Shown: positions 1 through 13,222, counted from the stretch's first letter. The stretch is DNA of 64,000 nt from Marsupella aquatica (GCA_973895155.1 OZ316899.1:8125241-8189240); one strand, 5' to 3'. Notes: generated by a model not told the origin, from the sequence alone. Translations and numbers: made by a program.

Positions 1-1482
1 AAACAGGCCTTGGGAGAATGGGCATAACTTTGGCTAGAGGTATCCGTTGGGGCCCAAATTTTTTTGTGCTGAGTTAGGGGAAGATAAGGCACCCCCTGGT
101 GAAGGTGGAACCCCAGAAAAGTAATCACTCAAATATATTTTTAACCGAGGCCACGAGGGAGTCCCGACAACTTGCAAACCAAAGTCGGCATAGGGGAATG
201 AATACCAGATTTAGGGGCTGACCTTTCTTGCACCCATACCACTTGAGTTAGGCTCTAGAGAAGGGTACTTACCTTTGGCCAAAGGTGTAAGGCCATCAAG
301 TTAAGAAAAGTAAATATAGGGGGTAGTTTACTTAGGGTAGTAAAGGGGTTACAAGTAAAATAAGGCCAACTTTGACTAGGCACAACTTGAGACTCACTCA
401 CTCTTTTTGCGAGCTTTCAAGTGGGTTGGTAAGCTGGTGAGGAGGACCATAAGTGGGAGTAGGTTTGGAAGTCAAAGCATACCACTCATGTGTGGCATAT
501 TCCAGGGCTTGGAAGGAGGCAAAATAGCAAGTAGTAGGGTGGGCTATGAACTATAGAGTTGGACTTTGTGTGTTAGGAGGACTTGGGGGAGGTATAGTTG
601 GACCCCAGGTCAAGCTTGGTGTGATGTGGAAGGAGATAGTATATAAGGAGGAAGTTTTCATTTGTTAGGGACCGGGAGTCTCATCTCTTAAGTGAAATCT
701 CTACCTTGCCAAGGTAGGGCTAAGCTTGAGAAAGGAGAGGTGGTCCATGCTTAGTGTGGAGAATGTGTAGTGAACTTTTGTTGTAAAGGTGATGCAATAA
801 AAGGAGACTTACCAATCTTCATTGTGACCATTAAGTGTGAGTGCATTTGAAGTATATGAGAGCAAGAGAAGAGTCCATGCTATGGTATAATCTTGGTCTA
901 AGCTTGAAGGGGATGTGCTAGTACAAAACCAAGGCCAAGGAGGCAAGGTTAAGGTATAGCATTACTTTGAGACTTAGAGAGGATTATAGCTTGAGGGTGG
1001 AAAGTACTTTGCTTGGTGTGTGGTGTTAACAAGAAGTAAGAACAAGAGGAAGAGTCCTTAGATAGAGGAGCCTTCTCTAGGGCTCAAAGGGGATGTGTGG
1101 ACCCAAACCAAGGCCAGGGGGGCAAGGTTGAGGGGTAACACTACTTTGAGGGTCTTGAGGAGACTTAAGCTTGAAGAGGAAAGTACTTTGGGTTCTTGGG
1201 TGTTTGTGTGAGAATCTACTCTAAGGTGACAGCTTGGAGCGGAGATCCCCCTTGCTGATCCTTGGAGTAGAGGAGAGGGGAAGGGGTGAGTACAAAAGTA
1301 GTCAAGGGGACTACCTCTCTAGAAGTGGAGAGTTGAAACTACTTATGTATGGAGTGATTGGACATTGTAAGCACACTTCAGAAGTTTTGTCAATCCTTTG
1401 TGACCCTGGTATGACATGGAGCAGGTATTAGGTAGTCTTTTGGGGAGAAAAGCCGCTTAAGCTCCTTGGCAAGTGTTTGACA
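1..1482 (+). mobile_element. 3' part of a long LTR (probably Gypsy-type), truncated by the window start
   Basis: Non-coding; TATATAA at 640-646 and AATAAA at 796-801; ends in TGACA (1478-1482) exactly where similarity to the ORF copy near 8110 resumes (AAGGAGGAA). The left end and TSD are not visible. Confidence 0.6.
860..1190. repeat. Diverged tandem duplication (~180-bp unit) inside the LTR
   Basis: CAAGAG..AGAGTCC...AAGGGGATGTG...AAACCAAGGCCA...GGCAAGGTT...TACTTTGAG...AGCTTGA...GGAAAGTACTTTG occurs at ~860-1011 and ~1040-1190. Confidence 0.7.
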
Positions 1483-2690
1483 AAGGAGGAACAGCAGGTG
1501 ATCGGCGTGGGAAGCGTGTCCCGGCTTGGTTATCATATGCCGTTGTTGTGCCGGTATGCCCGAAGTCATATATTCACCCCGGTACTGCCCCTGCAGGCAA
1601 GAGCACCAGAGGAGGTTCTGGAACTGAGGCCGGCAACAGAGAAACCGACCCAGCCCCACAGTCCTACAATCAAGCAGGTGTTTAGGCCAAGGAAGGAGGA
1701 CTTGCCGATGCAGCAACCAGGCATGCAAAATCTGCTGAAATTGCTGGAGAAGGAAAGGAGAACGGCAATGGCAACAAACTGGGACCGGTACAGAATACTG
1801 CTCCCAAAGTCGGCCTTAGCCAACTTACCAGGGAAAACCCCTTTACCGGGGTCAAGGAGAGAAGGAGGCCGGAACACGAGCCGGGAGTCTGAATGTATAT
1901 AGGAGCTTCAAGTCCCGAAGCCGAGGAAAAGCAGCCCGAAGCTCCTAGTCGCGATAGGGAGAAGATGAGATCAACGTGGAAGCCGGAGGAACCAGGACCA
2001 GTGATGTGTGAGGCCGTGTTCACGGCAAGACCAAGACAGCAGCGGGGGGAGCCGGTAGTCCAAGCCGAGGAGGAGGCGGTAGAAGGCTACAACAATGATG
2101 ACTCCGGCTATGGGTCGGACCATCATGTTTCAGGAATAAGGACCTGTGGCAGGTTCATCCCCACTCTTCCAAGAGTAGTTCGAGGGGACCCGACCCAACA
2201 GAGCAGCCCCGAGTCTCCCCCACCAGATGTCGCTCCCCCGAGCTTTGACGGCATAAAATAGATGGCATAGGAGTTTCAGGAACGACTCAGGGAGGAAGAA
2301 GAGGCAGCCCTCGCTAGGGAGAAGGATTTACTAGGAAGAGAATGGCCAGAGGACATCAGGCAACTTGCAAAAAAACAAAGCAGCCCGCCAGCCACGATAG
2401 AAGAAATTCGCAAGGCGGCTTGGGAACAAAGGCCGCGGTGGATGATGCCGATGACTTCTACTCACTCCGCCTATGCTAAAGAACAAGCCATGGAGTACGC
2501 GGAGATGTGTGGGGACCTTGCGCTTGGCATCTTTGGGGAGGAGTTGGAGCAGGGACCTTTTTTCCAGAGGGAAATGTTGGAGAAGCGCCGTGTGGTGCGT
2601 CCCATGGCTCCCCAAACCCAAGAAAACCCCCTTGCCCAAGCCGATTCCCGAAGGTTTCGTCCTCGGCTTAGCGGCATGGGACGCTGCTAA
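1483..2690 (+). pseudogene. 3' half of accessory ORF1 of an unclassified TE unit (copy 1), frameshifted and with stops
   Basis: The peptides VIGVGSVSRLGYHMPLLCRYARS, DDSGYGSDHHVSG and GPFFQRE match the minus-strand copy at 6996-8110. Confidence 0.6.
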
Positions 2691-3473
2691 CTCTCCTTCA
2701 ACTACTATTAACATTTTACACACATATATTGGACAGATCCTTCATCGGGTCATGAGATACTTAGCCGGCCTATTCTAGGCCCTCCCTTGTATTCCTCTCC
2801 TGGTCTTCCCTTAGGTATGTTTGGATTCCGCTGCCGGAATGATCCCCAATTGGCTTGGTTAAGCCGCTAAGACCTCTCTCAGCTCGACACATCCAACTCA
2901 CTCCCTTGCTACTTCCCTTCATTGATGTGGGCTCTCTTCACACAAGTTAATGCGACACACAAATAGCAAAATGACTCCTTTTGACTGAGTTATACCATGC
3001 ACTTGCCATACAAACAGTACATCTCATACATAAGCTCTGCGAACTAAGCCGTGAGGCCAACTCTATTCAGTTCTTAGGCATGAGGAAACATGAATATACA
3101 CAAGGGTCACTGTATAACTAACCGAGATCTTCTCTTACTACTTGATCCCAGCCCTGCTGGTGCAACTAAAAACTTGTTAAAGAAGAGGCCCCGGACTCCC
3201 CGCTGCCCAAGTATTTATCCTGGCAGCGGATCTGTCCAAAACTTTGCTGCGTAAGCTTAATCTATCCTACCTGTAATCTACCTAACTGTACAGCAAGGCA
3301 GGAGCATAAGTGTTGCTCCTACCAGTGGATCCGCCATCTCACTAATCTAAGTGTCAGGGCCGTCTCCTGGTCTTGATCCTAATCCTAAACTTGGAGATCT
3401 GAGCCCGCCCTGCCCACTCATGCCTCCTACCTCCACGTCCGCCCTTCCTAAAAGGAACGGCGCCCTTGCACCG

Positions 3474-4736
3474 TCACGACACCGGTGGCGGATCCTCAAT
3501 GGACGCCCCCAATGCTTCCCCCGCAACCACTGCCGTCGGTCCGTCCTTTGACAGATTACCTGCCCCGGACCGAGTCAACTCTTCATCGGCTTGACTGGGT
3601 CCACCGTCGGCTTCGGCCCCAGCATCGGTCACGGCCCTCGATACGGCTTTGGCCTCCCCGGCATGTTCTAGTGGAGGATCCGGTACCTCGGCTTCATCAA
3701 TAGCTGTCCCGGCCTCGGCCTTGCCATCCCCACCTTCTTCAACAGGTGGATCTACTGCCGGAATCATGCCGGAGGTTGGTGCCGGGTTGACCTCCTGGGT
3801 CACAACGGCTTGGTAAGCCGTATAACTCCCAAACCCAGAAGGTTTCCGCTTCTTCTTCTTCCCTGTTTTGGTAGCTGGTCCCTTCCCCTTGCTACCTACC
3901 CCCGGCACCGGGGCATGTGTCTCGGCTTGTCTTTCGGCCAGTACCCCTCCTGGTAACGGAGTTCCCACAATTGGAGTTGGACCAGATGAAGCTAAGCACT
4001 TAAATACTGCGGCCTGTTTCTTCAGCCGCTCTGTTTGGTTGTCGGCCCGCCGCTGTAAGTTCTCCATCTTCCTGGTGGTTTCCTCCAACTCCTCCTGGGC
4101 TTCCTCCAGGTCCTTCTGTCCCTCCTGCAGCTCCTTTCTGGCTTCTTCCAATTCCAATTTTAAGGTAGCCCTCTCCTCTTGGGTTGCTCTTAGCTCCTTG
4201 TCGAGCTCCGCTACGACCTCAGACTCCATCTTATTCATCTTGGCATAAGTCTGGTCGAGTTGGTCGTCCTTCTCACGCAGGTTGGCCTTGAAGCTGGCCG
4301 TCAGGGACGCAAGCTCCTGCTGCAGCGCAATAATCCCTTGATAGGATTTCCCTAACTCGGCCTCCTTCTGCTCAAGGGCTCCGCGGATATCCTCGAGCTC
4401 TCCTTTCAACGCCCTCTCCCTTCTCTGAGTCTCTGCCATGGCCCGGTTGTTGGCGGTTAAGTGGGCCTCCTCTGTGTCCCTCAGCTCCTGCTTCCACTTT
4501 TCCCTGTCCTTGACCGCGCTGGCCAACTCTCCTTAGGTCCGAGTCAGTTTATCCTTGATAATCTGATTGCCAGACTGAGCGGCATCCAATTGTCCTTGCA
4601 TGATGTTTAGCTCATGCCACTTAATCTGCAGCTCATCTTGGGCTTTCTTGGCCGCCTGTAGGACTTCCACCTCGGCTTCCTTCTCCCTAAGCCGCCGGAT
4701 GACCTCGTCCTTCTTGCTTCTCTCCAAAGCCACCGC
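3474..4736 (-). pseudogene. Accessory ORF2 (coiled coil, basic NLS-like patch, acidic tail), copy 1, interrupted by a solo LTR
   Basis: ORFs 3474-4526 and 4533-4754 share a frame across one stop and are clearly homologous to 9540-10785. The sequence resumes at 6982-6998 after the solo LTR. Confidence 0.65.
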
Positions 4737-6981
4737 TGTCCTGAGGATAACCAAAGAGGTGGGAAAAGAGGCTCAAGGGACACGCAAGGTGTATGGCTGC
4801 TTGAGATAGGAAACGGTTGCAAACAAGATAAACTAGACCCTAAGCACTTCCTTTCATCCACATCATCACAAGCAAGCAAGCAAGCAAGCATGCATGCTTT
4901 CGAAACTCAAACCATTTACATACTCATATCCAATCACAATCAAAATAACTAGTTCAAGCTTCCCAATGTAATCCTCTCAAGTCTAAGCCCAACATTCAAT
5001 TGGTCACCATTCCTTTTCCAACACTTGATTGCACACAATCCCTTGCAACCTTCTAAGGTACACAAGTTCAAGTGTACATTCAATGTGGTCAAGTTAAGGG
5101 TCACTCTTGGTTGTGGCTAAGACAAGTGGGACATCCAAAGGTATACAAGGCATCTCTATGCACCATTCAAACATCCAACTTTCGAAACATGGGAAACTAC
5201 TTTCGAAAAGTGACCTAGGGTTGGTCAACAAACTCCTTAACAAACATGGAATTGACCTTAGTCCCTTCCTCTAGTAGAACCACCAAGTATAATCCACAAA
5301 CAACCCAATCCATCAATCGAAAATGCCTTCACTCTTTACTCTTGCAACTTCCCTCATGCATAATAACTACTTTTGAAAGTACCTTCATTCAACCCATCTA
5401 CTTTCAAAAACACCTTCAAGCTCACAAAAACATTCAAAAATGGCATGAAGACATTCATTCTAACCATTCCATCACTCAGCCAAAGCAAGGCATCAACACA
5501 CATCTCAAAAACGAGGATACCTCTCCTCTAAATGCATAGCAAGAAGGCACATGTAGCATCATGGCCTCCAAGTAAAAACATGGGTCACAAGCAAGACCCT
5601 CCTAGCAAAAATGAATCATCACCAAGTCTAATCATCAACCAAGCATTCAAAATCCCTCCATAGCCTATCCAAGCTTCAAAACCCTAGTCTCCTTCTCTCA
5701 TACTTCCTTCTATCAACCAAATCTACTTTCGAAGCTTCAAGTCAAGGAGTTTACAAGAGAGTAGTCCTTCTTAGTGAGCCATCTCTAATGCAAGACTCCC
5801 AAGCTTCAACAAGATTAGGTCTCATCTCCTCTAAGCTTTCGAAAATCTCCTACAAGTCCATTCTCCTCAAAAACTTGAAGCAACAAACCTACATTCGAGT
5901 ATGCCTTCTTGTGGGAAATCTCTCATGCAAGCTCCTTATACTTCCTACTCACATCCTACCTCCTTCCTAAGGCTTCGAGTCAGCCTCTCCTACATTCGAA
6001 ACCTCTCTCCAAATCCCTAGAAAAACCGTCACAAAACTCAATCTCTTCACATTCAAAGCTTCTACTCCATCTATCTCTTCACAAAATTGCCTCTACATCT
6101 CCTACCCTCAAAATCCTAAGGCCATGGCCAAGGAGGAGGGATCCCCCTTCACTCATGCCTCATGCTCGAGCTCCCCTCAAGAGGTTCGCTCCTACAACTA
6201 AAAATGGGACTTAACACTCCAAAACGGCAAAACGGCAGCACTTCAGCAGCATCTAACCTCCGAACCCTTGGCCACTCGAACTTCCTCCTTTAGTATCCAC
6301 GTGGGAAGGCCCAGGGCACCCACAAGCTCCTCCACTTATGGTTTTAATCCTCGTTGAATCACAGCCCTCGATCTCACACCAATTAGATCAAACGGCCAAA
6401 AATGAGCCAAAAAACCCCTCCTTAGTAACTTGCAAACCAAAAGAGCTTCGACCTTTTTGAAAAAGCCACGACCTCCACCAAGCCCTAACTCACATCTCCA
6501 CCTTCAATCCAAACCATCCATTAACCAAAACCAAGATCCACCGTTGAAGTAGATACCTTGAATCTGGTCCATTTAACACAAAAATCTGAATCTGGTCCAA
6601 ATCTGACAAAACTGATGCACTTGGTCCAAACCCTCTTACATGCCTTGAACCTGGTCACCTCCTCCATGTATTCAATGAACCTGGTCACCATATCGCCAAA
6701 ACCCTAAATACCTTGCTTGTCGAGCAAGCAACCTCCATTCCGCCGATCCGCCAAATGATAACTTAATCGCTGGTCACAAATGAAAAACATACCCCACAAT
6801 AGTAACAAGGGTGGATAGGCTCGACCTCATCCCTACCTTGACCCTCATAACTCTACTTCCTCCTTCACCTTGGTCAAGTTAGCTCAAGTCAAGTCAACTT
6901 GCCCAAGTTAGAAGCAAAATTGGTTTCAACTTCCTTCACAAAACATGAGGATTCCTCCTTTAGGATGGAAACCTCATGACA
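4737..6981. mobile_element. Solo LTR (2,245 bp) with 4-bp TSD
   Basis: Termini TGTCCTGAGG...CCTCATGACA (TG..CA, imperfect inverted ends); flanks CCGC/CTGC. Removing it restores CCACCGCTTCTTCTAATCGG, the reverse complement of 9534-9553. Confidence 0.85.
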
Positions 6982-6995
6982 CTGCTTCTTCTAAT

Positions 6996-9416
6996 CGGTG
7001 CTTCTCCAACCTCTCCCTCTGGAAGAAAGGTCCCTGCCCCAACTCCTCCCCAAAGATGTTGAGCGCCAGGTCCCCACACATCTCCCCGTACTCCATGGCT
7101 CTATCTTTAGCATAGGTGGAGTAAGTAGAAGTCATCGGCATCAACCACCTTGGCCTCTGTTCCCAAGCCGCCTTGCGGATTTCTTCTACGGTGGCAAGAG
7201 GGTTGCTTCTTTTTTCGGCAAGCCGCCTGATGTCCTCCGGCCAATCTCCTCCTGGTAAATCTTTCTCCCTAGCCAGGGCTGCTTTCTCTTCCTCCCTAAG
7301 TTGCTCCTGAAATTCTTGTGTCGTCTGCTTTATGCCATCAAAGCTCGGGGGAGCAACCTCTAGTGGGGGAGACTCGGGGCTACTCTGCTGGGTGGGGTCC
7401 CCTCAAACTACTCTTGGAAGCGTGGGGATAAATCGGCCACAGGTCCTTACTCCTGGAACATGATGATCCGACCCATAGCCGGAGTTATCATTGCTGTAGT
7501 CCTCCACCGCCTCCTCCACTGCTTGGACTCCCGGCTTCCCCCTCTATTCCCCTGGTCCTGCCGTGAAAATGGCCTCACAGATCACGGGCTCTTGTTCCTC
7601 CTCTAGTTTCCAGGTTGTCCTCTCCCTCTGCTTTCCGCGGGAAGGAGCCTTAGACTGCTCTGCCTCCGATTCGGGGCTTGAGGCTCCCACATACATTCGC
7701 ACTCCCGGCTTGTGTTCCGGCCTCCTTCTCTCCTTGGCTCCGGTAAAGGGGTTTTCCCTCCTGAGTCGGCTTAGGCCGGCCTCTGGGGCAGTGTCCTGTA
7801 CCGGTGCCGTTGCCGTTGCCGTTGCTGGTGCTGTTCTCTCCTTCTCCAACATTTTCAGCAGATTCTGCATGCCTGATTGCTGCATCGGCAAGTCTTCTTT
7901 CCTTGGCCGAAACACCTGCTTGATCATAGGACTGGCAGGCTGGTTGGGCTCTTCTGTTGCCGGCCTTTGCTCTGAAACCTCCTCCGGTGCCCTTGCCGAT
8001 AGGGGAAGTACTGGGGCAAAGATTTGACTTCTGGCATACCGGCACAACAGCGGCATGTGATAGCCAAGCCGGGACACGCTTCCCACGCCGATCACTTGCT
8101 ATTCCTCCTTCAAGATCTTCTTCAGTTGGTTGAGGAGGTACCCATTGTAATCCCGGCTTGGGTCTGGCCTTTCTGCCAGGTAGACCTGAGCCTTGCCGAT
8201 CTCTGCCCTTGGCAAGTTACAATGCATGGTCACCCGCAAGAAATCGATCATCTCTCCAATGTGCGGGTTGGTGCAGGTGTTCCGGAAGAAGCCATTCTTC
8301 GTTGATGGTCCTGGGAACAACTGGAACTCCTTGTCAGGTAAGGTCTTCCTGGTATCAACCTTGGTCTTATTACCCATCGGCAAGCCAAACACCTCGACAA
8401 TCACCCGGGGAGTGAGATAGAAATCCTTCCCATACACCCTCGTGGAATTGGTCTCAGGTTCCCATGATCCCACAAATTCTAATAAGTCTGAGTCCAACAC
8501 CTCCAGATTCAGCCATGGTAATCTTACAAAGGCTTCCAAGCCGGATCCGGCCATGAAGCCCTGGTACTTCTTGGTCTGCATGGCCATAAAGCATGCATCC
8601 TCCTCCCGTGCAAAATGTAATTGCACTTCCTCTGGTAGGGTCGCCACCCAACCTTTCTAGGTGTCATCCTTTGTTGGAATGGCATTGATGGGATTGACCT
8701 CCTCCTCTTCGGCTTCTCCTTGCCTCCTGTTCTGCTGCTCTGCTGCTCTGCTGCTCTGCTGCTCTGCTGGCTTCCTTGGTGTCGCCAACCTCGTTCTTTT
8801 TGCCGGGGTGGCCTCTTTGTTGTTGTTTCCTTTCTTCTTCACCTCGGCTACCGTGGATGTTTCTCCTAGCACAGTTGCCTTTGTCTACCCCTCCATGCTA
8901 CCCTTCAACTCCCAGTGAGCGTCGTTGCAGCGGTTGATGGCTTCCTGAATGCCAACGATTCTGTCTTCGCAAAACAGAAGGTCATCGAGCTGATTGGCAG
9001 TAGGAGTCCACAAGAACTCGGCCTTGATGAGTTCTCCTCCTAAGAAGGTAGACTTCTGCAGCTCCCACAGTCAAGCGAGCTCCTGCCGTTCTTGAGCTGC
9101 TCTCTCTGATTCTTCGTCCTCGTAAGTCTTAATGTACTTAGTTTCCCGTTCGAACAGGCATCCCCAAAAATGTGCCGCTTGATTGACGTTGCTCATACCC
9201 TCCTTGACTCGATCATGGGTATCTGCTCCCGCCCCGAGTGCTTGCCTAAGTAGCTGACAGTAGTTGGCCTTCCGTAGTCGTCTGCTCAGTTCGTGCTTGC
9301 AAATGAGCCACCATTCCTCGCGAGCGGTCCTTACCCCTCTCCTCCTCTGGTCTTTCCTCCTGTTGGTTACCCCTAGCCGCCGATGCTTAGCGCGCCCTAA
9401 CCCTAATCGCGTCCAT
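6996..9416 (-). pseudogene. Accessory ORF1 (copy 2) with a plant-mobile-domain-like segment
   Basis: ATG at 9416, then a reading frame with several stops. The segment GLEAFVRLPW...LLEFVGSW...RVYGKDFYLTPRVIVEVFGLP (8099-8647) resembles the PMD-like extra ORFs of plant Gypsy elements (judged by eye). Confidence 0.6.
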
Positions 9417-9475
9417 AGTCACCCTTAATTGTTTATATTTTCCTTGTTTTTGTTACTATACTAATGTGTTTATAG

Positions 9476-10785
9476 GGTACACCTCCGTTTCCCCACTTAA
9501 TTGGCCTAGTGATTCCTGGCTAGGCATCACACGCCGATTAGAAGAAGCGGTGGCTTTGGAGAGAAGCAAGAAGGACGAGGTCATCTGTCGGCTTAGGGCA
9601 AGGGAAGCCAAGGTAGAAGACCTGAAGGCGGCCAAGAAAGCCCAAGATGAGCTGCGGATTAAGCGGCATGAGCTCAACATCATGCAGGGGCAATTGGATA
9701 CCGCACAATCTGATAATCAGATTATCAAGGATAAACTGACTTGGACCCAAGGTGAGCTGGCCAATTTGATCAAGGAAAAGGAGAAGTGGAAGCGAGAGCT
9801 GAGAGACGCGGAGGAGGCCTACATAGCAGCCAACAATCGGGCCATGGCGGAAACTCAAAGAAGGGAAAGGGCGTTGAAGGGGGAACTCGAGGATATCCGC
9901 GGAGCCCTTGAGTAGAAGGAGGCCAAGTTAGGGAAATCCTATCAGGCAATTATCGTGCTGTGGCAGGAGCTCGCATCCATGACGGCCAGCTTCAAGGCCG
10001 ACCTCCGCAAGAAAGACAACCAGCTCGACCAGACTTATGCCAAGATGAATAAAATGGAGTCTGAGGTCGTTACAGAGCTCAACAAGGAGCTGAGAGCAAC
10101 CCATGAGGAGAGGGCTACCTTAAAGGAGGAATTGGAGGAAGCCCAGAAGGAGCGGGAGGAGGCACGCAAGGACCTGGATGAATTGCAGGAGGAGTTGGAG
10201 GAAAGCACAAGGAAGATGGAGAACTTACAGCGGCGAGCCGACAACCAAACGAAGCGGCTGACGAAACATGCCGCAGTATTTAAGTGCTTGGCTTCCTCAG
10301 GTCCAACTCCAATTGGGGCAACCAAGTTACCAAGAGTAGTACTGGCCGAAGGACAAGCCGAGACACTCGCACCGGTGTCCGAGGTAAGTGGCAAGGGGAA
10401 GGGGCCAGCTGCCAAACCAAAGACAAAGAAGAAGCGGAAACCTTCTGGGTCAGGGAGTAATACGGCTCCTCAAGCCGTCGTGACCAAGGAGGTAAACCCA
10501 GCACCAACCTCAGGCAGGGTCACGGGAGAGGATCCAACTGCCCTAGAAGGCGGGGATGGCAAAGCCGAGGCCAGGATACTCGATGATGAAGCCAGGGTAC
10601 CGGATCCACCACTAGAACATGTCGGGGAGGCCGTGGCCGATGCTGAGGCCGAGGGTGGACCCAATCAGGCCGATGGAGAGTTGACTCGGTCCGGAGCAGG
10701 TAATCTGTCAGAGGATAGACCTATGGTAGTGGCTGCGGAGGAAGTGTTGGGGGCGTCCATTGAGGACCAGACACCGCTGCCATGA
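9476..10785 (+). pseudogene. Accessory ORF2 (copy 2), coiled-coil protein exon
   Basis: ORFs 9466-9915 and 9955-10785 are in frame across one TAG. They are preceded by an acceptor-like tract (T-rich, CTAAT, TTTATAG|G at 9475). Confidence 0.65.
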
Positions 10786-11343
10786 CGGTGGTGGAGGGCC
10801 GCTCCTTTTAAGGAGGGCGGACATGGAGGGAGGAGGCGTGAGTGGGCAGGGCGGGCTCAGATCTCCAAGTTTAGAATTAGGATCAGGACCAAGAGGCGGC
10901 CCTGACACTTAGCTTAGTGGGATTGCGGATCCACTGGTAAGAGCAACACTTGTGCTCCTGCCTCGCTGTACATAGGTAGATTACAGTTAGGTAAATTACA
11001 GTAGAGTAGATTAGGCTTATGCTACAAGGAATTAGGCGGATCCACTACCGGGATAAGTACCTGGGCAACGGGGAGTTGAGGGCCTTCTTCCTTAGCAAGT
11101 TTTTAGTGCACCAGCAGGGCTGGGATCAAGTAGTTAAAGAAGCTCTCGGTTAGTTATACTGTGACCCTTGTGTATATTCATGTTTTCTCATACCTAAGAG
11201 ATGAATAGAGTTGGCCTCACGGCTTAGTTCGCAGATCTTGTTGGCTAAGCTGCGAAATTGGCCTTGCCAAGAGCGAAACCTATGGGAATCGGCTTGTGCA
11301 AAGGGGTTTCTTGGGTTTAGGGAGCCATGGGACGCACCACACG

Positions 11344-11725
11344 CACCACCACAGCTCAGTTGCAGCAAGCTCAATCACTTGCAGTCACACAACACTCAAT
11401 CGCACCGCTTGCACAGCACCTGCACTCGCACCGCCATAGGTCACCGCACTCAATTACATCGCTTCCACCACTTGCACTCACAATCACACCGCTTCTAGCA
11501 CTCGCACCACCACAACTCAGTTGCAGCAAGCTCAATCACTGGCAGTCGCACAACACACAACACTCAATTGCACCGCTTGCACAGCACCTGCACTCGCACT
11601 GCCATAGCTCACCGCACTCAATCGCACCGCTTCCACCACTTGCACTCACAATCACACCGCTTCCAGCACTCGCATAGCACTTGCACTCGCACCACCACAG
11701 CTCACAGCGCATAGCTCATAGCACA
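11344..11725. repeat. C/A-rich tandem repeat (about two ~165-bp units built from CACTCGCAC/CACCGCTT motifs)
   Basis: CTCAGTTGCAGCAAGCTCAATCACT...CACCGCTTGCACAGCACCTGCACTCGCAC occurs at ~11355 and ~11516. Confidence 0.75.
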
Positions 11726-12299
11726 CAGCGCGTGGAGAGGGAAAGATCACAAAGCAACTTATGCTCTCCGAGAAACACGAGGTAAATTGCATCCGCACTC
11801 GCACTTGCTCGGCCTCAATTGCTCGCCTTTCAAATGAGGAAAGGCGAGAGACGGCGGGGACTCACCAAAGTAGTCATCATCATCATTAGGCAACGGAAGA
11901 TCTAGGGGCATCACAACTGAATTCACTATCGCCGTCACGTAGGTCAAGTCCAATCCAAGCAACTGGAGATCTATGGGACCACTCATTGATTACAGGTGGT
12001 AGGGGCCATGAGAGGAAGTTGGCATGTTAGCAGTTTATTGGCTTATATGTAGTCGTACTCTAATAATAATGAATACCTAGATTTGACTCATGTCAGAGTC
12101 GCAGCACTAAAGTACCTGTACAGATGCTTTCATTATTACTACCCCTTCACGCCATAATGTCCTTGCTATGATTGATTCCAGACCAGATAAGATTTCCTAT
12201 CATTCCTTGGTATTAATGAGTATGATCGTTCAACGACCGGATTTAATTCCAAAAAATATACAGTATCACATGACATGTTAGGCCAGTCTCAAGTTCCTG

Positions 12300-13222
12300 A
12301 TTGTCTCCAAGATGACATGTCACGCCAGGACCCATGTCAGAGAGGCTCTCCAAGATGACATGTAAAGTTGGGACTTAAGTTGGAGAGGCTCTCCAAGATG
12401 ACATGTCATGGAGGACCCATGTCAGAGAGGCTCTTCAAGATGACATGTAAAGTGGGGACTTAAGTCGAAGAGGCTTTCCGAGATGACATGTCATGGAGGA
12501 CCCATGTCAGAGAGGCTCTCCGAGATGACATGTAAAGTGGGGACTTAAGTCAGAGAGGCTCTCCGAGATGACATGTAAAGTGGGGACTTAAGTCGGAGAG
12601 GCTCTCCGAGATGACATGTCATGGAGGACCCATGTCAGAGAGGCTCTCCAAGATTACATATAAAGTGAGGACTTAAGTTGGAGAGGCTCCCCAAGATGAC
12701 ATATCAGGACAAGAGATGTTAGTGATAACTTTGGAGAGCCTCCCTGACAAATATTGGGCCTAATCCTTGCTACACACCTGAAGATGGCATCTTGGAGAGC
12801 CTCTCCAACATGGGTGGAGACTTCATACCTGCGCAAGATGGTATCTTGGAGAGCCTCTCTAACATGGGTCAAGGCTTCATACATGCGCAAGATGGCATCT
12901 TGGAGAGCCTCTCCAACATGGGTCGAGGCTTCATACCTGCGCAAGATGGCATCTCGGAGAGCCTCTCCAAGATGAAACTTGGTGAGATCTGGTGCAAGAT
13001 CTAATCTTGGAGAGCCTCTCCAACATGGGTTTAGGCTTCATACCTCCGCAAGATGGCATCTTGAAGAGCCTCTCCAAGATGAAACTTGGTGAGATCCGGT
13101 GCAAGATCTAATCTCGGAGAGCCTCTCCAACATGGGTCGAGGCTTCATACCTCCGCAAGATGGCATCTTGGAGAGCCTCTCTAACATGGGTTGAGGCTTC
13201 CAGATGGCATCTTAGAGAGCCT
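12300..13222. repeat. Array of the A-type palindrome, in two oppositely oriented blocks
   Basis: GAGAGGCTCTCCRAGATGACATG units (~40-bp period) at 12300-12700, then the reverse-orientation GATGGCATCTTGGAGAGCCTCTCCAACATGGG units (~57-bp period) at 12780-13222. Confidence 0.9.

Noticed and set aside
3474-4526. Host myosin/SMC-like coiled-coil gene
   Set aside because: Only generic heptad composition; it is duplicated inside a repeat unit and disrupted.
6996-11343. Endogenous geminivirus/CRESS virus (circular, ambisense layout)
   Set aside because: No Rep HUH or SF3 motifs, capsid-like protein or TAATATTAC stem-loop could be recognised.
11759-11986. 75-aa ORF as a Helitron 5' region or the start of A's divergent gene
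   Set aside because: No recognisable similarity to the B/C cargo N-termini or to Helitron Rep; left unassigned.
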